Below, piece by piece: positions 53,417 through 64,000 of a stretch of 64,000 nt of DNA. A model generated the notes under the pieces. That model saw nothing but the letters and a program-made list of their open reading frames with translations, ran no database searches and had not been told where the DNA came from. The stretch is from Macrostomum lignano (taxonomy: Eukaryota), in assembly GCA_002269645.1 (NCBI GenBank), contig NIVC01000949.1:1-64000 (forward strand), given 5' to 3'. The position numbers and the translations under genes are program-made. Position 1 is the stretch's first letter, and every line of letters starts with the position of its first letter.

Positions 53417-56400
53417 ATGTTCTTTGATGACGGTAAGTAACATTGGAAAACTGCTTTTAATGGACTCAGACTCAATTTGGGTTGTCTTAAGATTATTAAA
53501 AATTTAGCGTACTAGGTAACGACATTTCTTGAGACTCGTCAAAGATTTCTCAAATCAAATGAGTCGCATCTTTTTTGCTGCGTTCTGATCTAGTTACAAG
53601 TTTCTTAGGGGAATTATTAGTTTCTCAAGGGAATTACGAGCTTCTCAATGGTATTACTAGCCTCTTAAGGGAATTACTAGTTTCTCAACGGACTTACTTA
53701 AGGGAATTACTAGTTTCTCAACGGACTTACTCAAGGGAATTACTAAAGCTTCTCAAAAGACTTACTAGTTTCTCAAGGGAATTACATGCTTCTGAAGGGA
53801 ATTACGAGCTTCTCAAGGGAATTAATAGTTACTCATGGCTTTGCAAAACTCTTGCAAATGAAAGTTTTCAGGCAGGCTTAGAACCATCTAATTAAGATTT
53901 CACCTGTGGCACATGGACCTGTGTGATGATAACCAGATGGTTAATAAAGTTCAGTTAATTGTGAGAAAGTGGCAAGATTTGTAGCACAACGCAATCCATA
54001 TACTAAAAATGGTCTGTCGGTAGGTAGGTATGTTGTGTGTGATCGATTTCAGAAAAAATGGCTCAACTGATTTTCTTCAAACTTGGATTAGGATTAGTTT
54101 TTTTTACGTTTTTTTCGGTTTACTAATAGTAGTAGCGAACATTTTGCCAAAATTGACGGACATCTCATACCTGCAGAATCCAGCAGCGGTGCCAGCCTGT
54201 TTGCCCAGCTGCTGGCCGGCATGATGCAGCAGCAGCAGCGCCAGGAGCAGGGTCGCAACAATAAAATGTTGCTGTTCAAGGCCGCCATCGAGGGCAACGG
54301 GTCCATGTGCCAGCGGTTAGTCGCTTCCGGAGTTGACCCAGACGTACAACACGAGAAAGGCCTGAGGCCGCTGCACCTGGCCGCGCACCAGGGCCACGAG
54401 AAAACTGTGGCGGCGCTGCTCGACGCTGGCGCCAACGCGGACGTCACTGACGAAGACGGCGACACCCCGCTGATGGTGGCGATAATGCAGAAGGAGTGGC
54501 AGACAGCTCGACTGTTGATTGAACGAAACGCCGAACTGCGATTGAAGAACAATAACGGCTACACGGCAGCGGATTTGGCGTTGGCCAAGGGCAACCTCGG
54601 CCTTGTCAAGATGATGGAGCGCAAGAGGCCGGCGCTGCAGTTGAACGGCCGAATGAACGGCTCACAGCTGCTGCAGGTGACAAAATGATTTTATTGAAAA
54701 TGCACTGTACTAAAATATAAGGACGCTGGGCTTGAAAACGGTGTATGGGGAGAGCATTGAACACAAGGCACGGCCAACCATATTCAACCAAAGCTGTGAC
54801 GATTGTCTATGGCCAAAACCGTGATGGGGGCATTGAATTCAAGACAGCCAACCATATTCAACCAATGCTGTGACGATTGTCTATGGCCAAAACTGCGTAT
54901 GGCGGGCATTGAATTCAAGACCTCGAGCAGTTGAATTCAGACTTTAAATTCAGAACCATTTGCAAAAATTGATAAAGGTAATTGACTGTTTTTCATGCTC
55001 ATAAAGCGAACAAGTTAAAACTGCAACTGTAACTAAACTGTCAGCAGTCTCAAAGCAAAGAAAAAACCAGTACATTCCTTTTAGGCCAATGCATTTTAAA
55101 GCCACATTGGGCATTCAATTCAAGGTGTTACTTGAGACAAAACAGACATTCTACAGTTGAGACATCTCGTGCTTTTAGGATCCCTGGGCTGAAAAATTGT
55201 GACTTATTTATCTTTCATCATTTCTTTCAATTGTTTGATACTATTGACGGTCGCATTCGAAGAACAGTGCAATCTGAGTGCAGAATTTGGTGGTGCATTT
55301 ACCAGGCCGCCCAGGACGGAAACGACGACCTCATCGGGTTCTGGTTGGACCAAAACCCTGACCGGTCGGCGTGCAACGTTCAACTCAAAGACGGCCGAAC
55401 CCTGGCGTTTGTGGCCGCCCTGAACGGTCACTTGGACATCATCGAGCGGCTGGAGCGATGCCGCGCCGACTACAACATCGCCGACAGCGAGGGCAACATT
55501 CCGCTGTTCTGCGCCGCCCAGAATGGCCACGACAAGATTCTGAAAATCCTCATCAAACGAAGCCGGGTGAATCATCGCAACGAGAACAAGCGAACCGCTC
55601 TGTTCTCCGCCGTGCTAAACGGACGCGAGACGGCCATGAAGATGCTGCTAGACGCCGGAGCCGACACTGACGCGGCCGACTGTCAGGGCCTGACGCCGCT
55701 CGCCTGCTCCATTGTCAGCAACAACCCTGACCGGATTGTCCGTCTGTTGGCCAGTCGGACCAAAGACCTGAGCTTCGTGGACAAGAATGGCTACGGGTAT
55801 GCTCATCTGGCCGTTATCTCCCAGCGCCTGCCTGTGCTCAAGACCCTGCGCAGTCACGGCATAATTCTCGACACGCCCAACACCGGCGACGGCGAGACGC
55901 CGCTGCTGGCAGCCTGCCAGGTTGGACCGCTGGAGACTGTTGAGTACCTGCTGAAAGAGGGCTGCAACTCCGGGCATCAGAACAATCACGGCGTGAGTCC
56001 GGCTCTGCGGGCTGCCTACTGCAACCAGGAGGACATCCTGCGCCATCTGGTCAATCACGGAGCTCCGTTGGATCTGAAAAACCGCAAGGGCGAGACGGCG
56101 ATTCTGTGCGCGGCGGAGAAAAATAGCTTCTCTATGGTGCAGCTGCTGCACAGACGCGGCTGCAACCTCCGCGTGGCCGATCGCTCCGGCATGACGGTGG
56201 CTCACTACGCTGCCAAGCACGCCAACCACGAGCTGCTGGGCTACCTGGATCAAAACGGCGTCGCTCTGGACAAGCCGGACTCCGACGGCCAGACGCCGCT
56301 GATGATGGCCGCCGGCGCTGACGACATGAACTGCACAGTTGTGCGCCTGCTGGTCCGCGCCGGCGCCAACGTCGATGCGCGGAACAATAAAGGAAAGAAT

Positions 56401-58969
56401 GCGGCTCAGATTGCCAACGGTCAGGGCAACCGGCACCTGGTGCACCTGCTGCAGTCGGGAGGCATCAGCGACCAGTAAGTTCTCGTATCATATGCTAGCT
56501 CCTGCCAAGGACTACTCAAGTAGAAGGACTGGAAACAACATTTCTTAGAAAATGTTTAGGAGGCTGGTTTTCGCCGAAAAATACACTATGGAGGCAGACC
56601 CAATGTTCTAAATGAAAAGCTTTATGAATATCCATAGAGCTATAAGAAAAGCACAACGTATCAAGAGATAAACATCGGGTCTGCCTCTTATCGAAAGCAA
56701 TAACAATTTTAATATAAAAAAGCGAAAAGTTACTATATTCATGGTGTGTTTTTTCAGTGAAAACCAGCCTCCTAAACATTTTCTAAGAAACGTAGTTTCC
56801 CGTCCTTCTACTTGAGTACTCGTAGTCCTTGGCTCGTACATGTAAAGTAGAGGCAACTTGAGTCGAAAGGCGCAAAATCGTGAAAATCACAATGCAATTT
56901 TAAGTTTTGTAATCAATAAAGCCACTATATCTGTCCATAAGTACTTCCGAATTTACGCCTAATCCGAGGTTGAGTGGTAAAATTACCTTGTTGAGAATGA
57001 TTAACTCTCGTTGACGCTCCTTCCAACAACACACAGGCCGAAGAACCCGCCTCCGTCGTACCCGAAGCCTCCCAGGGAGTCGTCAACCCCGAGAGCTGAA
57101 ATTGACGAAAACTTCGACACCTGGGACTTCTTCATCGAGGAGGGCGACAAGAAGAAGCCAATCGGCAGCGGCGGCTTCGGCAAAGTCTACAAAGCCTTCA
57201 CCGATCGGCACCAGTTCGTTGCCGTGAAGGTCATCAAACCCATGGGCAATATGGACAGCGCACAGCGGCGCCAGATCTTCCTGCAGGAGAAGCAGGCCAT
57301 GGATTTGCTGCGTCACGTCCGCCACGAGAACATTGTTCGCTTCCTCAAAGCCGAGGAGAAGGATGGAAAGTTTTACATCTTTTCCGAGCTACTTTCTGGC
57401 TACACCATCCAGGAGATTATGTTTAAACAGAAGAAGCCAATTGACGAAGGCGGCATTAAGAGGTTCACTATTCAGGTTAGTAAATCAGTAGCAATTGCGC
57501 TTACAATAAGCTCAAATACCTTTCCGTTGTCTCTTTCTAGGCTCTAATTAAATGAGCGTAGAATCTTTACTGCGTCTCGGGACTGATACCGAGATGTTTC
57601 GGGACTGATACCGAGATGTCTCGGGACTGATACCGAGCTGTTTCAGGACTGATACCGAGCTGTTTTGGGACTGATACCGAGCTGTTTCGGGACTGATACC
57701 GAGCTGTTTCGGGACTGATACCGAGATGTCTCGGGACTGATACCGAGATGTCTCGGGACTGATACCGAGCTGTTTCGGGACTGATACCGAGCTGTTTCGG
57801 GACTGATACCGAGCTGTCTCGGGACTGATACCGAGCTGTCTCGGGACTGATACCGAGCTGTCTCGGGATTGATACCGAGATGTCTCGGGACTGATACCGA
57901 GATGTCTCGGGACTGATACCGAGCTGTCTCGGGACTGATACCGAGCTGTCTTGGAACTGATACTGAGATGTCTCTGGACTGATACTGAGATGTCTCGGGA
58001 CTGATACTGAGATGTCTCTGGACTGATACCGAGATGTCTCGGGACTGATACTGAGATGTCTCGGGACTAAGACCGAGATGTCTCGGGACTAAGACCGAGA
58101 TGTCTCGGGACTAAGACCGAGATGTCTCGGGACTAAGACCGAGATGTCTTGTGACTGATACCGAAATGTCTCGGGACCGATACCGATCTGTCTCGGAACT
58201 GATACCGAGACGTCTCGGGGCTGATATCGAGCTGTCTCGGGACCGATGCCGAGATGTCTCGGGACCGATACGAGATGTCCCGTTGGTTCTATAGTCGACT
58301 GATCTGACCAGTTATTGACTGGTCTGATCAGTTATTGACTGGTATGAACAGTTATTGACTGATCTTACTGAGATTGAATAAGACAGAAACGTGGGACTTT
58401 CAATGATTCTAATACGCAGTGGAAATCTACTCAGAAGTTGCAAGTAAAGTTAACCTTCCTTTGACAGACAGGAGAATTATAACTATGCGCGTAAATTGCA
58501 GGTATGCCAAGCCTTGAGCCACCTGCACAGCCTCCCAAAGCCAATCATCCATCGCGACATCAAGTCGTCAAACATCATGCTGACGAACCCGGGCATCGTC
58601 AAGCTGATTGACTTCGGTTTCGCTCGCGAGATCAGCAACTCGCAGATGATGATGACTCGGACCCAGTGCGGCACCCCGTTCTTCATGGCGCCGGAGATAC
58701 TCGCTCCGATGAACGAAGGCGTCGCCTACACGTCCAAGACGGACGTGTGGGCTCTTGGCTGCACAGTCTTCGAGATGGCCACAATGGAGCCGCCAAACTC
58801 GGAGATTCAGGCGCTATTTTTTCTGGGAATCGTCGTGTCCAGCAAGCCGATGCCAAAGATTCCGGGGGCGTCCGCTGAACTGCAGGATTTCTACCAGCTG
58901 TGCGTGGAACGCGAGCCCAGCAACCGTCCAGAGGCGTCTCGGCTGCTGCAGCACAAGTTTTTGAAGTGA
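53417..58969 (+). CDS. Ankyrin-repeat protein (about 14-15 ANK) with a C-terminal STE/MAP3K-like Ser/Thr kinase, 5 exons, about 863 aa
   Basis: Exons 53417-53432, 54177-54676, 55306-56474, 57037-57475 and 58502-58969; phases 1, 0, 2, 0 are consistent. ANK motifs include PLHLAA, GDTPL and GQTPLMMAA. Kinase motifs: GSGGFGKV, VAVK, HENIV, HRDIKSSN, DFG, GTPFFMAPE and DVWALGCTVFEM. The 16-nt first exon is the least certain. Confidence 0.85.
53590..53830. repeat. Degenerate ~20-bp repeat (AGGGAATTACTAGTTTCTCA) in ANK-kinase intron 1
   Basis: Recurrent motif with indels. Confidence 0.75.
56504..56833. mobile_element. Foldback MITE with ~90-bp terminal inverted repeats in ANK-kinase intron 3
   Basis: GCCAAGGACTAC...TCAAGTAGAAGGAC...TTTCTTAGAAAATGTTTAGGAGGCTGGTTTTC is mirrored at 56740-56833. 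No clear TSD was identified, so the superfamily is unassigned. A related copy lies at 9652-9885. Confidence 0.8.
57575..58280. repeat. 22-bp minisatellite (CGGGACTGATACCGAGATGTCT) in ANK-kinase intron 4
   Basis: About 32 copies. Confidence 0.96.
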
Positions 58970-60446
58970 AAAGCTTTCTTAGCTTGCTCGCTGGCTACTC
59001 CGAGGAGCTCTAAGCGGTTAAACGATGAACACGATCGTATGTTTATGATTAACGTCTAAATTTTTATTATCCTTATCGTAAGCTTTCTTCTGTGTAATTT
59101 TTTATGTACAATTACCTCATTGCATCATGTCGGCCTTGTGAACTATTTTTATTACCAGTCAGTTTGAAGTTAACTCTTTAAATTCAGGTAATTACTACGA
59201 TCCAGCTTTCATCTGTGTTTAGGATTTCATTTCAATAGACTGCCAAGCGCACTCTCTCCTTGATAAACTCCGATCCTGCCTGCAGGGTCTGAAACTAGCC
59301 TGAAAGTGAGTAACCCAACCCAACCATGCCATCTCTAATACCGGTATGGAATACGTTTTTTATTCAAATCCTCGGTGAAAGTTACATTTCTCTACAAGTA
59401 TAGCTATTTAAACTGATCATCTATTTGTTTGATATGGATTGTAATATTGTCATTTTTACGTTAGAAAATTTTCTCATCAGCTATTTACCCCCCCCCCCAA
59501 GACTTGATAAATGGTTTCAAATTTGTCATTAGTTAATTCCAATTGTTTTAAAGTAAATTAAAGACATAAAAGACTCGCGAATCAAGACAAACAAAAACTA
59601 TATACAGGAACCGATTTAAAAGTTATGATTCCTATTAATAAATGTTTGGCACCGTTTTAAAAAAAGATTTCGACATTTTAATCCCCTTCAAATTTATTAG
59701 CAAAATACGCGACGCCGACTACTTAATGCTGAGTTAATTTATTGACTGTCAAAACTGATTGACCATATTCCGATAGTATTGGGATATTAGAATGAAAATT
59801 TAGAACCTATTTACCAATTATAACTATTGATTCTGGCAGGTATGACAGCTCCGACTGACACAGTATCGACCCGTGCATAATGCGCGCAATTAGCAGTCTG
59901 ATATACCAGAATTTTGGGAGTAGAGAGGAATTATGAGAGGAAAGAGCGAGGACGTCGATCCGTATAGCTGTTGGCTGCCTGCAGTGTACTTACTAACAGA
60001 GGGAGAACCACCCAGCTAATTCACTTTTGGGTGCAAACGCGCAGGATAAGCGCCCACCAGGTGAGGGAGACAGAGATAGGGAGAGGCGTCAGGCCTGGAA
60101 GCGGAAGCCGGGGTGGTTTGGCCGGTGAATAAATTTGCTTCATTGGCTTTCGACATTGGCCAGAGGGGAGAGGGAGAATTTTCAGGAATTGGAAGATCGT
60201 TGCTTGGAGATTATCGATATTAGCTGCTGTTGCAGTGACAGAAGTTTGGGGACGGTCTGGAAACGGCAGGGACTGGCTTAATCACTTATTCACAAAGGCC
60301 TGGCTGATTATAATTTTTGTGCACCAGTTGAGCTCAAAAAGCATTGACTGGGATAAAACCTGCCCCAGAGAGTCGAGGATTCCACTGTTAGGAGACGGAC
60401 TACCTGGCACAGCTCTTGAACCGGTCTGGAGGCAATTAGGGTTGTC

Positions 60447-63948
<3,502 letters not shown>

Positions 63949-64000
63949 TCATCTGCAACCTGTCAGCGAAACGGGCATACGAGCTCGTAACGGTCTTGAT

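Noticed and set aside
54765-54925. A ~72-bp direct duplication in ANK-kinase intron 2
   Set aside because: It is a simple local tandem duplication (about 2 copies) with no TE or RNA features.
56473-56478. In-frame stop at the ANK exon donor suggesting a designed ankyrin-only isoform
   Set aside because: Any phase-2 GTAAGT donor creates TAA in frame, so this is not informative without transcript evidence.

Overview
Intron-rich metazoan genomic DNA: GC-rich exons, AT-rich spacers, and a very high load of micro- and minisatellites. The style resembles the free-living flatworm Macrostomum lignano, but that is an inference, not a database match. Manual splicing (GT/GC-AG sites with consistent phases) recovers about 11 genes. 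These are caveolin (+), PIGV (-), a calmodulin/myosin-light-chain-like EF-hand protein (+), a GAS1/GFRalpha-like protein (+), an Arf-family GTPase (+), a divergent rhodopsin-type GPCR (+), an orphan gene with an acidic tail (-), a JmjC-EF-hand-KDEL oxygenase with a signal peptide (+), a 15-exon laminin gamma (-), an ankyrin-repeat/STE-type kinase (+) and a small 5-exon orphan gene (+). The 3' end of one more CDS sits at the window start. Mobile DNA comprises three non-autonomous hAT elements with 8-bp TSDs, a foldback MITE, three tRNA-head CORE-like SINEs, the 5' half of an R1/LOA-type LINE, and a multiply deleted Ty3/gypsy element with its 5' LTR and a tRNA-Ser primer-binding site. The top leads are: (1) laminin exon 4 is tightly bracketed by the same 14-bp minisatellite in inverted orientation, a back-splicing/dsRNA geometry; (2) an apparently catalytically intact ER-luminal JmjC dioxygenase; (3) an unusual ANK + MAP3K-like kinase architecture; (4) intron size is driven almost entirely by intron-private tandem arrays. 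Most long ORFs in the supplied track are repeat artefacts. There are no CRISPR arrays, rRNA genes or true tRNA genes.
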